The notes beneath the pieces are model-generated. The model searched no databases and was not told the DNA's origin. It saw only the letters and a list, made by a program, of their open reading frames with translations. A stretch of 64,000 nt of DNA from positions 28,892,001-28,956,000 of the forward strand of contig NC_043020.1 in assembly GCF_006345805.1 (NCBI RefSeq). The letters run 5' to 3'. Both the position numbers and the translations under genes were made by a program. Each line of letters opens with the position of its first letter. The first letter of the stretch is position 1. The stretch is from Octopus sinensis. Taxonomy: Eukaryota. Shown here piece by piece: positions 11,331 to 24,181 of this stretch.

Positions 11331-12395
11331 ACTTATAAAAAACCCTAAAATACTAAATGCCCTTACAAATTACAAAACCAAAACTGTGTATCTTTAAAAT
11401 AACAACGGCATTCCTTTATACTACGACAGTCAATATATTCGATATTACACAGGATTAAGAAATTCAATATTATATCTGTTTTATATATGATAAATCTATT
11501 TAGATGTGTTTCTTATATTGCCTTTGTATTTTTACTAATAAGATTCAACTGGTAACATTTTCATTGTATTCTCTCGCTTATACATTCTGAATCCATTTGA
11601 TAACATTCGAGATCATATTCACATACTTTGATAAATGTATGATTATATGGTTTTGCTTGCATTTGAAAAGATGTTTATATATACGAGTAAGTATTTGTAC
11701 AGATATAGCTCACGAATGAATCCTTACATATATATGAATAAGTATGTGTGTTATTTGGTGGCTTAGTGTCAACATATGCTTTTATATGTCTTTCTGTATA
11801 TGTTTGTAAGTTTTTATATCTGTATATCTACATCACTGCGTCTATATGCACGTAAAAATATATCTATGCATTTATATTTATTTACATGCATGATAGTATT
11901 TTTTGTAAATGTACACACACACACACAAACAAATATATATATATATATATATATACACATGTCAGTGTATAACATTGATACATAGATATGTGTCCACATG
12001 TATATGTATATATATTGTATAGAGATATGTGTGCATACATGCATGTGTATATATATGTGTGTGTGTGCATACATATAAATATATGTATATATATATGTGT
12101 GTGTGTCTGTGTATATATATGTATGTGTGTGTATATATATATATATATACACACACATATATATGTATGTATGTACATGTATGTACAAACACACACACAT
12201 ATATATATATATATGTGTATATATATGTATTCATATCTATCTATATAGATATACATACATGTGTGCACATAAATATGTGTGTGTGTATGTATATGTGATT
12301 GTATGTATGTTTATATATACATACACATTTGTATGGGTTTATTTTCTGAGATTAGAAGTGTTTCCCTTTATGTTTCTTTTCGCTTACACTTATAT

Positions 12396-12426
<31 letters not shown>

Positions 12427-12476
12427 CATCTCAGCTGCTTTCTCATATATGAGCAAAGCCATTGTTAGAAAGAATC

Positions 12477-12700
12477 ACTGAAATGAGTCATTGGTGACGC
12501 CCTTGTATGACTCTTGAGCCCGGCGATAGTTTTGCAAATTCTGTTACATAATGCACACCTGAGCTGGCTGGCAGAAACCACAGGTGCCACAGTATGAACT
12601 CTTTTGACATGCCTTTTCAATCCTGCAACTGAGAAGTACACCTTTCCACGGGTTATACATGTTCCGTTGTGAACAATAGCCGTATCACAATTTACCACAT
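12477..12700 (-). mobile_element. RTE-type LINE C-terminal zinc-finger remnant (alternatively a C2H2 ZNF relic)
   Basis: CITRGKVYFSVAGLKRHVKRVH...CALCNRICKTIAGLKSHTR; the second Cys of finger 1 is Arg, there is no TGEKP linker, and it is flanked by microsatellites. Confidence 0.55.
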
Positions 12701-12714
12701 ACATATAGATACAT

Positions 12715-12748
<34 letters not shown>

Positions 12749-13995
12749 GCATCTATCTATCTGTCTATCTATCTATCTATCATCATCATCATCATTTAAC
12801 GTCTGTTTTCTGTGCTAACACGGGTTATGTATATGCATATATAAATTTACAAACATACATTTGGAATCATAAATATATATACATATTTATGCCCAACCAC
12901 ACACTGTATGTTTGTAAATATGTATGTATGTTTGTGTGGTAAGAAGCTTGCTTTCCAAGGCGGCGAGCTGGCAGAAATGTTAGCATGCAGGGCGAAATGC
13001 TCAGCGGTATTTCGTCTGCCGCTATGTTCTGTGTTCAAATTCCGCCGAGATCGACTTTGCCTTTCATGCTTTTGGGGTCGATTAAATAAGTACCAGTTAC
13101 GCACTGGGGTCGATGTAATCGACTTAATACCTATGTCTGTCCTTGTTTGTCCCCTCTGTATGTTTAGCCCCTTGTGGGCAATAAAGAAATAAGAAACTCT
13201 GCTGAATCAGACTGGAGCCTGGTGTAGCTTGCTAGCTCTGGTCAAACCCATGTCTAACCCATGCCAGCATGGAAAGCAGACGTTAAATGATGATGATGAT
13301 GGGTAGGGAGAGTTTAGGAATGATTACCATGGCCATCGCATATCATCTTCATGGTTTTAATGTCTATTCTTCCATGCTTTCATAGGCCAGATAGAATTTA
13401 TTAAGGTAATTTTCTATGGCCGGATGTCCTACCTGTCATTATCTCTTGTACCAGTTACGCACTGGGGTCGATGTAATCGACTTAATCCCTTTGCCTGTCC
13501 TTGTTTGTCTCCTCCTCTATGTTTAGCCCCTTGTGGGCAGTAAAGAAATAAGAAGCTTGCTTCCCAACCATATGTACGATGTATGTATGCATGTGTGTTG
13601 GGTTTTGTGGGCCTAAATAGCTTTGTTTTTATTTGATTGCCTAATAATAAATTGTTTGTATGTTTTGTTATTCACACTTCAGAAGAAACAGAAATTCTAA
13701 AAAGAATAACTGAAGAATTTTATATCAACCAATGAGAATGAGAATAAAGGATTGAAGCATTGTTGTCACAGGGATGCTGGACTCAAAGAGGAGATCACGG
13801 AGCATACAACATGTGTGGCATGAGTATTGGCCTTCATGTGATGGTCAAACATCAGTGTGTAGGGAGGGGTCCCTTGAAGACAAACAACGGTCAGGTTACT
13901 CAGTGGAAGCAGTCTTTGAAGAAAATGTTCCTGCTCTTCAGTGCCTTCACCACCACCAACATCACCACCATGGAAAATGCACGTTGATGATGATA

Positions 13996-14027
<32 letters not shown>

Positions 14028-14569
14028 CACATGCACACTTCTTTTATTGTCCTCGGAAGGATGAAAGACAAAGTCAGCCTTGGATGGAATTTGAATTGAG
14101 AATGTAAAGTTGGACGAAATGTTGCTAAGCATTTTGTCTGGCCAACAATTCAGCCAGCTGACCCCGTTCACCACAGTGTTTATATGAATAGACTCACAGT
14201 ATCAATAAGCTCTTTTAGAGTCTTTCTACCGAATCTACTCACAGGGCTTTGGTCAGACTGGAGCTATAAGAAAGAAAAGACACTTGGCCAAGGTGCAAAT
14301 CAGTGGTCCTAAATGTGAGACCATTTGATTGGGAATCGTACTTCACCTTACAAAGGACAATAGATAGGAAACGGTGCACGTTCTGGTCATTTGGTTTGGT
14401 GCTGTTTTGATTGAATCATTTATGCACATTTGAATATGTGAAAGGTGTCTGCCTTTCAAGGGCTAAGAATGCAGGTTCCAACAAAGAAAGGGTGTAGGGA
14501 ACTATGTTTTGGTGAAAAATCTAAGATTCATGTAAGAGAAGTGGGAACTGTTCAATTAGCAATAAATAG

Positions 14570-15110
14570 GCAAAGATAGGACATAGATCCACAACCACTT
14601 CCACGAACCTGAAATCAAAAGAAAATAGATTCACTGCTAACCAAGATTTTCAACCTGGTGTAAACAAAATCACGTGTGCAGTGTCCTATGATTCTGCGAG
14701 TGTTAATTGACAACCTGGCACTGAAGACAACAATCACAGGTGTCTATTAAGCTGATTTGCTACACTGATTACAAACCTGTATCAAAACACAATGCTGTGG
14801 AATGTTGACTGCCATTTATTTACTTCTTCTCTTTTAATGTACCTGCTAACACAGCTCACCTTTCAAAAGAGCTGAGTATAAGTTTTATCCAGCTTATTTC
14901 CCCCAGAAATTTGCTCCCTGTACTTTTCAACTGTTTCCAAATTTGAAACACAATTTGAAGGGCAGAAAATTCTCTTCCTGTGATGAATGATTCCAGTTGG
15001 TTACAGAATAGCATGGTTGATTGAGCAGGATAAACAGTTCTGATGAAACGTCATTGAGGAGCTGTGCAAGAGATATGAAAAACTCACAGACGTTTGGTTG
15101 AAGAAAATAA
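14570..15110 (+). mobile_element. Mariner transposase remnant
   Basis: T*IHNHFHEPEIKRK and FAPCTFQLFPNLKHNLKGRKFSSCDE (14898-14987), corresponding to the mariner YSPDLAPSDFHLF..LK...GRKF region; stops and frameshifts. Confidence 0.7.
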
Positions 15111-15119
15111 AAGTATTTG

Positions 15120-15392
15120 TTAGTTAGTTAGTTAATTTTTGGCTCAAAAAGCAAAAAGCAAGGCCATGTAGGGGGACATGGAGTTATGTACAGGGTAGTG
15201 TTCATGTAAAGAGTTCAGGCCACTTGTGGTCAAGGGAGACTTTGAACCGAGCGGTCGTCAGCATCTTCACCAGCTCGTCCGGAAGCTTATTCCATGGATC
15301 CGCAACCCGGACGGAGAAAGCCCCTCTCTTTCGATTGAGATGAAATCGTCGCAGATAGAACTTTCCAGAGTGACCCCGCAGCTGACGCTCTG
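15120..15392 (-). mobile_element. CR1-clade LINE 3' end with (TAAC)n tail
   Basis: GAFSVRVADPWNKLPDELVKM...FKVSLDHKWPELFT*; same family as 63478-63830. Confidence 0.85.
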
Positions 15393-16102
15393 TTGTTAAA
15401 AAGACAACAAAAATATAAAATGTTCTTCTCTTGTAATTATAGCATTATGTAGGGATTCTAAACTTTCTGTGTTATTTCGTCTGTCTTTATGTTCTGAGTT
15501 CAAATTCTGCTGAGGTCAACTTTCATCCTTTCAGGGTTGATAAATTAAGTACCAGTTGTGTACAGGGGTCAATCTAAATGACTGGTGCCTCACCCCAATT
15601 TTGGGCCTTATGCCTAGAGTAGAAAAAAATACTGTGTGTGTGTATTCTTTTACTCATTTCAGTCATTTGACTGCGGCCATGCTGGAGCACCGCCTTTAGT
15701 TGAGCAACTTGACCCCGGGACTTATTCTTTTTGTAAGCCCAGTACTTATTCTATTGGTCTCTTTTTGCCGAACCGCTAAGTGACGGGGACGTAAACACAC
15801 CAGCATCGGTTGTCAAGCAATGCTAGGGGAACAAACACAGACACACAAACACATATATATATACATATATACGACAGGCTTCTTTCAGTTTCCGTCTACC
15901 AAATCCACTCACAAGGCATTGGTCGGCCCGGGGCTATAGCAGAAGACACTTGCCCAAGTTGCCACACAGTGGGACTGAACCCGGAACCATGTGGTTGGTT
16001 AGCAAGCTACTTACCACACAGCCACTCCTGCGCCTATATGTATGTCCATATTTATTCAACTCAACTATGTAAGACAAGTGTATTTGTGTTAATATATATG
16101 TA

Positions 16103-16208
<106 letters not shown>

Positions 16209-16610
16209 AACCTCGATACATATGTGTATATATATATTCTACATTCACAACTGTGACTCATGAGTCAGCCTCATGATGGTGAAGACTGTAATCTTTTCAA
16301 TCCAATAATATCACATATAATAGTTACATGTCTCTGATGATTTGACAGTAAATGCTGATTATGTAATTTGCCTTATGGCATCAATAATCAACTACGTTAA
16401 TGAAACACTTTTAAGATGCTGCAACTAAACATCTTCTAAGCGATTTCCTGTTTTGTTTTATCCTTTGCATGTACTCTGTGTAACACTCAAATCCGGATTT
16501 AGTAACAAAGGATAGAATTACAATACCCGAATGTATATGCACGGAAAGTTTTAAATACTGGTTAATTTATTCAGCAGTTTAAAGTCTAAATTACACTATG
16601 TATATAGTAT

Positions 16611-16661
<51 letters not shown>

Positions 16662-17507
16662 CACACACACATATATGTACATGGTATTTGTTAAATATAC
16701 GCATACAGATGGTAGAGTTACACGTCTGTAAACTTCAATTTATTGCGATTGTCTTTGCATTTAATAGATAAAAACTCCCTCGGGGGTGTTAAAATCTAAG
16801 ACAAGCAAGGGAAATAACTCTAAGAATACCCGAGGTATTTCCCTCACCCGCGGTTTTCTCTTTCCCACATCACTCACCACAACCCCACACGTCTCGATCC
16901 AGTGAGCTATCTCATATGTGGTCGTTCCGTCAGCTATAAATAACAGTCGAATCTCCCTCAAATCACACCACGTTCCTTAAAAGAGAAAAAAAGAACAAAA
17001 ACAGATTGTGTACAGTGGGAATGTGGGTACCCTGCATATACGAAAAAGATGTGGTGGTCACTGCTGGAATGCTTTTGATCATGAGTCTTGCTCGATCAGA
17101 ACCGAGCTGGAGCTAAACGATATCGTCTCCTAGAAGCATACATACATCACACACACACACAAGAACACACAACACGTTTAGTCTCCGCACGCACAACCAT
17201 ATACACCACTGAACAATGGAGTGAAATTCCGGATGTGATGGTCACGACCAGAACGCTTTCGATCATAGATCTGTCCGACCAACAATGCCTTGGAGCTAAA
17301 TCGCAATGACAACTGTATCACACAATTCGGTCATCTAAAGCAGCCGTACTCAATGACACATTGTCGCGTGCACAAATCAGGCTTCACCGACATGCATATA
17401 CATCCAAACTTATACACTCTATGCACATATATACACGCTATCCATGCACGTCTATACACAATATATAGACTCATACAAAAACTCTTTCATGCTCATTAAA
17501 ACAGTAG

Positions 17508-17559
<52 letters not shown>

Positions 17560-17888
17560 TGTTATTGATCATACGCACGCATACACTGGTTGCTTGCTCC
17601 CTCTAAAGGACATACATTAACATAAATACACGCGTACAATTTATTTTTGTTATCTCCAGCGTTGTCGATCATCCTCAAAGAATGACCTCCCCCACCACAG
17701 ATGCACGATACAGGCAGAAAATCCATATCAACGATAGCTGTGTGTGTTTGTATTAGATATCGGCAGAACCAGATACAAATTGAATGGGTGAACGTGTGTG
17801 CGCACGCCCACGCGCATCTGTTTTTTAATTGCATTTTAATGCAGTCGCATCCTTACACGACTATATATATATATATATATAGATATAT

Positions 17889-17919
<31 letters not shown>

Positions 17920-17942
17920 TAGATAGATAGATACATATATAT

Positions 17943-17986
<44 letters not shown>

Positions 17987-18306
17987 TAGATAGAGAGATA
18001 GAGAGATAGATAGCCGTGTATGCATACATATATATGTGTGTGCAGAGAGAAATGTCTGTGAGGATAAAGTGTGTGTTTATTATAAATGCGTATACGTATA
18101 AGATTGTATACAAGAATAACCGGAAGACCAGTTTTTGATATTCCGAGTTAATTTATGACAAGGTTAGCGTAGTAAACCAAGGTGAATAATACAAACGAAA
18201 ATGGTTCGGTAAGGTGAGAGAAACGGAAGAGCATCCTAGAATTGACATCGAACACGATTGGCGAAGGTTTTGAACGAGGGGGAAAAAGAAAACGGGAGCA
18301 ACTTAC

Positions 18307-18712
18307 CATCGCCTAAACACACTCGGAAGCTGGTCCCTCTGAACACGAAGTAGAGAATCAAGCGTTTCCTAGAGGAAAGACCCAATCCGAGGGCACTTAG
18401 TTCTTTCCAGCATTGCGTTAGGGTATCCCACGAAGGTGGGAACAGTACCAGAGTCCCCTTTAACGGGGGTCGCCGCGGGTGCCAAAAGTGGTTGTTGTGA
18501 TGGAGGCAATGATTGTGGTAGCAATCAGTGTTTATGTTGATATTTTCGAAGTAATGCATTCGTTCATCTGTAAACGAGCCGCAAGCTCTGTAGCGGTGAC
18601 GAGTATGATGTTGATGGTATTGTTGTTGTTGCTTCGGGCTCTGATGGTACCGCTGGTGCTGGTGCTGGTGCTGTGTTGAAGTGTCACCTTCCGCCCAGCT
18701 ATACCAAGCCAT
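18307..18712 (-). CDS. Candidate first coding exon of an unidentified gene: MAWYSWAEGD...(Q/H-rich)...RKRLILYFVFRGTSFRVCLGD, 135 aa + phase 1
   Basis: GGCATGG Kozak context, in-frame TGA upstream, perfect ATG|gtaagt donor at 18306/18307, unique GC/CpG-rich sequence. No family recognised. Confidence 0.5.
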
Positions 18713-21510
18713 GCCCCTCTCGTCGAGCTGGGACAATCGACTGGAAGCACTTCACGCGCGTACGGCAGCAGCACTCTGCTCATATACGGGTGGTTCAGTC
18801 GGATGGCTGGCTGTCTTGCTCGGCTTCTTCGATGGCTGGTTAGGATGCAGCAGCCGAGTAGACACTCTTTCTCCCACTCCAAGCTCTCTTTCTCCCTCTT
18901 AGCGCCTGTTGTAGGTAACTCTAGTTGTATTCCAGTTGTATTCTCAGCAGCTGATGAGAAGAAGCGTGCTCGGAGTGGTGGTGGTGGTGGTAGCTGGTAA
19001 CATCAAAGGCAGCGGTAACTAGTCGTGCCATGGCGCTAACACTGATGATGAAGATGATGGTGTGGTTGGCCGTGGTGTTGCTGAAGCTGGTAGCAGTAAC
19101 TATAGTGGTGATGGAGGCGGCTGCGGTGGTGGCTGTGATGATGGTGGTCGCAACACAACCAGTGAAAACGTTGAAGTTACTACAGATGGTGGTGGTGATG
19201 TCGGCAGTACTAGTGAAACCATCAGGAGCTGTAGTACTTTTAGAGTTTACTACTTGCTACTGAATTCGAATGTCAATGGGGCTGGATGCAGACTCTCGAA
19301 GAAGTAACGATAATAGCAACAAAAGATATATAATAATAGAGATGGCATTGGTAAAAGCGAGGCTGTTAGTAATAATATGTGCCTGGCAGCACCCACTGTT
19401 CGTTCATAGCAACAACAGCAATATTTATATATATAACTGAGGATCTATCGTTAGTCTAAGGAGTGGTGGAGATGGCGGTGGTGATGAAGGAGTCTGAATC
19501 GTCAAGTATTCACTTCCATTCTTCGCGGCATACCAACTTATCTGGATGGAGCGATCTGCTAGAAATAACTGACCAAATCGCCCTCAAATCACACAAACAC
19601 AAACTACTCGGGGATGTTACATAATGTAGTAGTAGAATGTCCCCTAAAAAGGACGAGATGGTCATGGCTCGAAACGATGTCTATGGCCACAGATCTTGCT
19701 CGGTCGATCGATCAGGGTGAACCAGTGACTATAAACATCGATGTCCAGTTGTTTTGCTTTCCTTTCATCTACCTAAATATGCCGTTCCCACCATGCCTTC
19801 GTCCACACAACCAGTTCCTTTCCATTCCTTGGACATCGATCACTCTTCCTGCCACTCAGAGCCAACTTGTTGCCCCTCCTACTCTGCCACACCTTAGTAA
19901 ACTCACTGCATTCTTCTTCTCATTAGTAAGTTGCCAAGTTTAGTAAAGACAGACAGACAGACAACCAGGTTGTTATATTGTTGTTTAACCACAGGTCAGC
20001 CAGGATCGAATATACTACACCATGTTGAAAGCCATTCCGATTTTGTTTTACACACTGTCTCTGGGTTTACATTATTCATTGTGTCTTTCTCCCCCTCCCA
20101 CAAATACACCTTTTTGAAAGACAATCAGGTATGATCTAAGGGAAATTTGACTGCTATTTCTAGCAGATTAAGCGACCGTTTAGATTCTTTTTTTGTTATG
20201 TCGAACACAATGTGAAAGCTACGTAAGTATTGTAGTATGTAAGGCTATTTATTCACCAGGTCATCTACACCCCTCACCAGTTGTAGTAGTGGCGGTGGTG
20301 GTGGTTGTGGTGGTGTGGTGGTAGTGTCGGTTATAAATCTCTCTGACTCAGTAAGCAAGGGAGCAGCCAGATACTTGATGCTCGATGCCAGAATAGTAGA
20401 TTTTCCAAATAAGGGAAGCTAGGAGTAAAAAGAAGAAGAAGAAAATTATAATAAATAATATAATGTATGGAATGGCTGTGTGGTTAAGAAGGTTGTTTTG
20501 GAACCATATGGTTTCAGTTTCAATCCCATTGCACAGCACCAAGAGCAAATGTCTTCTGTTATAGCCCTGGACAGCTCAATGGTTTGTGAGTGAATTTGGT
20601 AACCTGATTGTGCGAAAACCTGTCATACATAGACATACACACAAATCATCATCATCATCATCATCGTTTAACTTCCGCTTTCCATGCTAGCATGGGTTGG
20701 ACGATTTGACTGAGGGCCGGTGAACCAGATGGGTGCACCAGACTCCAGTCTTGATCTGGCAGAGTTTCTACAGCTTGATGCCCTTCCTAACGCCAACCAC
20801 TCCAAGAGTGTAGTGGGTGCTTTTACATGCCACCGGCACGGAAGCCAGTTAGCCTCTCTGGCAACGATCATGCTTGGATGGTGCTCTTAGCACCCTACGA
20901 GCACGGGGCTCAAGTGCCAGTAAGGCGACGCTGGTAACGATTATTGACCCCCTGAAAGGATGAAAGGCAAAGTCAACCTCGGTTGAATTATAAATAATGA
21001 TAATGCGGAGGTATGGCTGTGTGGTTAAGAAGTTCAATTCCCATCTGCATGTTTTGGGGTTCAGTCCCACTGTGCAGCACCTTGATCAAGTGTCTTTTAT
21101 AATAGTATAGCCCCGAGATAACGAGTACCTTGTGGATTTGGTAGATGGAAACTGTGTGGAAACCCAGTGTATATGACTGTGCATGTTTATGTGTGTATGT
21201 GTGTGTGTGTACCTTTGTGTTTATACCCCCTTCCCCTTAACAACTGTTGGTTTATTTACATCCCTATAATTTAGCAGTTTCAATAAAACAAATAGACAGA
21301 ATAAGGACCAGACTTTAAAAAAAAGCAAAAAACAAAACACCATTCAAGGCATTGCTCCAGCATGGCTGCTGTGCTGTCCAATGACTGAAACCTTTAAGGT
21401 GTAAAAGGTACTGAAAATGATTATCAAAATGAATTAATTTCTGGGAATTGAACCAATATCCTAACCCTTCATCTGTTTATTATTATGATGATGAAGATGA
21501 TGATGATGAT

Positions 21511-22441
21511 AGGGGAGAAGAAAACAACATAGCATGGTATGTAAAAAATGCCACAGAACCACTATTATTAGAAGTAAGAAGGTCAGGCTTGTGTAGGATG
21601 AAAGATTGCAAAGATAAAGCACCATACAAGAAATTGAAAACGAATGGAACTGAAAATAGGTGGGTAAAGAAAAGAATGCATGGTCAATGTATGTTGAAGA
21701 TAAGACAGACAGAGAAAAAAAGATGGCTATGGATGACTAAAAGGGATTTAAAACCGGAAACGGAGGCTCTAATGTGTGCTGCCCAAGAGCAGGCACTAAG
21801 AACCAATTACGTCAAATATAGAATAGATAACACAGCAGAAAGTGATAAGTGCAGAATTGCGGACAAAATGGAGAAACCGTATGGCATATTACCAGTCAAT
21901 GTACGCCACTAGCCCAGAAGGAATAAAAGAGACGTCATAACAATGTAGCAAGGATTGCCTGTTGGACACTTTGCAACAAGTATGGACTTGTCAGAGCAGA
22001 AAAGTGGTACGACCACAAATCTGAAGGCACCATATAAAATGATAATGCAAAGATCCTATGGGATTTTATGATTCAGTGCGACCATGAGATAGAGAATAGG
22101 AACCCAGACAGAGTGTTAATTGAGAAAGAAAGCAAACTATGCTGGATCATAGATATAGCATACCCAGCTGACAACAAGGTGTGTGATAAAGAAGAAAGAA
22201 AAGTTGATAGATATAACAGGTTAGCTTGGGAGGTTAAGCAGTTGTGGTCGATGCAAAAGGTGGTAGTAGTACCAATAATTGTTGGAGCCCTGGGAACAGT
22301 GAGTAAAAATCTTGAGAAGTACGTGGAACAAATAGGGGCTGCAATAAGGGTGGAGCACTTGCAGAAAAGAGCACTGCTTAGAACCACCCGAATACTCCAG
22401 ATGGTGTAGTACATCTTCAGTGCTAGAAGGTGTGCAAAGGC
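21511..22441 (+). mobile_element. 5'-truncated Dong/R4-clade LINE (CCHC knuckle + restriction-like endonuclease) ending in (TAA)n
   Basis: AAQEQALRTNY, CRI[c]GQNGETVWHITSQC (1-nt deletion), NPDRVLIEK...WIIDIAYP.D..V..KE..K...Y..LA, VVVVPIIVGALG; (AAT)n at 22442-22490. Confidence 0.9.
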
Positions 22442-23980
22442 AATAATAATAATAATAATAATAATAATAGTAATAATAATAATAATAATAAAGTGACAAA
22501 CCTTCTGAAGTTCTTATTAGAAACTTGAGTTCTTCAAAAGCCATTGTATAGTTTTTCATAACTTAGTTTGGAAAAGATCTGTTCCTCTTTGGTTAGGGGT
22601 GTGTCAGGCCTTCATCTGAAAAACAAAAAACAAAAATATTTACAATAAAAACTGAGTGAATAAGCTAACTCCCAACAAATTTTGAGCTAGGCATGGCTGT
22701 GTGGTAAGAAGCTTGCTTCCCAACCACATGGTTCTGGGTTCAGTCCCACTGCTTGGCACCTTGGGTAAGTGTCTTCTACTGTAGTCTTAGTCAGAATAAA
22801 GCCTTGTGAGTGGATTTAGTAGACGGAAACTGAAAGAAGCCCATTGTGTATGTATATGTGTGTGTTGTTTTTGTGACTGTGTTTGTCCCCCTGCCACTGT
22901 TTGATAACTGGTATTGGTGTGTTTATGTCCCTGTAACTTTGGTAAAAGAGACCAATAGAATAAGTACTAGGTTTACGAAATAAGTTCTGGGGGTCGATTC
23001 ATTGAAACCCTTCAATGCAGTGCCCCAGCATGGCCACAGTCAAATGAATGAAACAAGTAAAAGAATAAAAAAAAGGATGTTATTGTTCTTGTTTAGTTCT
23101 ATATTAACTCTGATTGATCAAATTCATGATCAAAATATTCCACCCATGGCCTTACCATTTTATTTTCTGACAATGTATCCTGCATTATTATCCAAATTGT
23201 GTCTTTGATTCTTAAAGATTATGGTTGCTATTCCTGACAGGTTCTGTGAGCATTTAAAGGGCTCCTCTTTGAAATATCAAGCTTTTTTATGGTTTTCAGG
23301 AGCAGAATACTATAACCAGGAATGTCTCAATTCCAATATTTATCGGGGAAAAGTAATTAATTATCTGGGGATATTATTTAAGGTACAAAAACCTATTTTA
23401 TGCACTGAAACTGGAGATTAATGCTGAAGCTCAAAGACATTGCAAGATTTAGAAGACATTTATTGAACTAGATTATGCTAATACAATGTTAAGCTAGATT
23501 AAGCTGTACTACAAACATCTATTAATCCAATTATAATTATTGGCAGTGTGTCTCCATCTCTCTCTGTTTGTGCCCCAAAGGGAGATAACTCTAGTCATTT
23601 TAGATCTTTCTCCCTTGGTCACCGTATACGAACTTGAATGGGTATAACTACAGATGTGTGCTCCTCACTCCTGGCATTGATTTAGCCTTTAATTTTTAAT
23701 CGTTTTTGTCATTCGAATGCAGTGAAGCCAGAACACCACCTTGGAGGGTTTTAGTTGAATGAAGCAACCCCAGCACTTAGCCTATGCTGGTTATCAACAG
23801 GTGGTGGTGGGAGCATACACAAACACAAACACACAAACACATACATGCATACATATATGACTGGCTTGTTTCAGTTTCCATCAACCAATTCTACCAGCTC
23901 ACCACCTTAGAAATATACGAATATTGGAGTTGGAGTGGGGTGCCTTAAGTTTTTCTAAGTAAATGTATGTTGGTGTAGAG

Positions 23981-24181
23981 CAGTGCTTTTCAACCTTTTT
24001 GCTGGAGTGGAACCCCAAGGAAACATTTCACTGGCTCGAGGAACCCCTGTGCAATAATTTAATAGTCTTATTCACATATATCTGCACAGGAAAATTAAAA
24101 ATCACTGCTGATTTTAGCAGTTTTGTAACTTCTTGCGGAACTCCTGGACTGTACTGGCGGAACCCTGGTTGAAAACCACTG
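23981..24181. mobile_element. hAT-superfamily MITE, 201 bp
   Basis: TIR CAGTGCTTTTCAACC / GGTTGAAAACCACTG, perfect 8-bp TSD GTGTAGAG (23973-23980, 24182-24189). Confidence 0.92.

Noticed and set aside
11530-11620. Hammerhead remnant downstream of the Penelope ORF (gattca...tgaatc stem)
   Set aside because: The core is only CTAATAA and there is no GAAAC; too decayed to call.
11776-12468. Many YIYI/CVCV/HTHT ORFs here and at 4167-4926, 15934-16261, 17853-18113, 55164-55599
   Set aside because: Translations of (TA)n, (TG)n and (GATA)n microsatellites.
18307-18420. DEG/ENaC-like N-terminus for the unidentified exon (ELSALGLGLSSRKRLILYFVF)
   Set aside because: The HG motif is absent and the hydrophobic stretch is too short, so no gene symbol is assigned.
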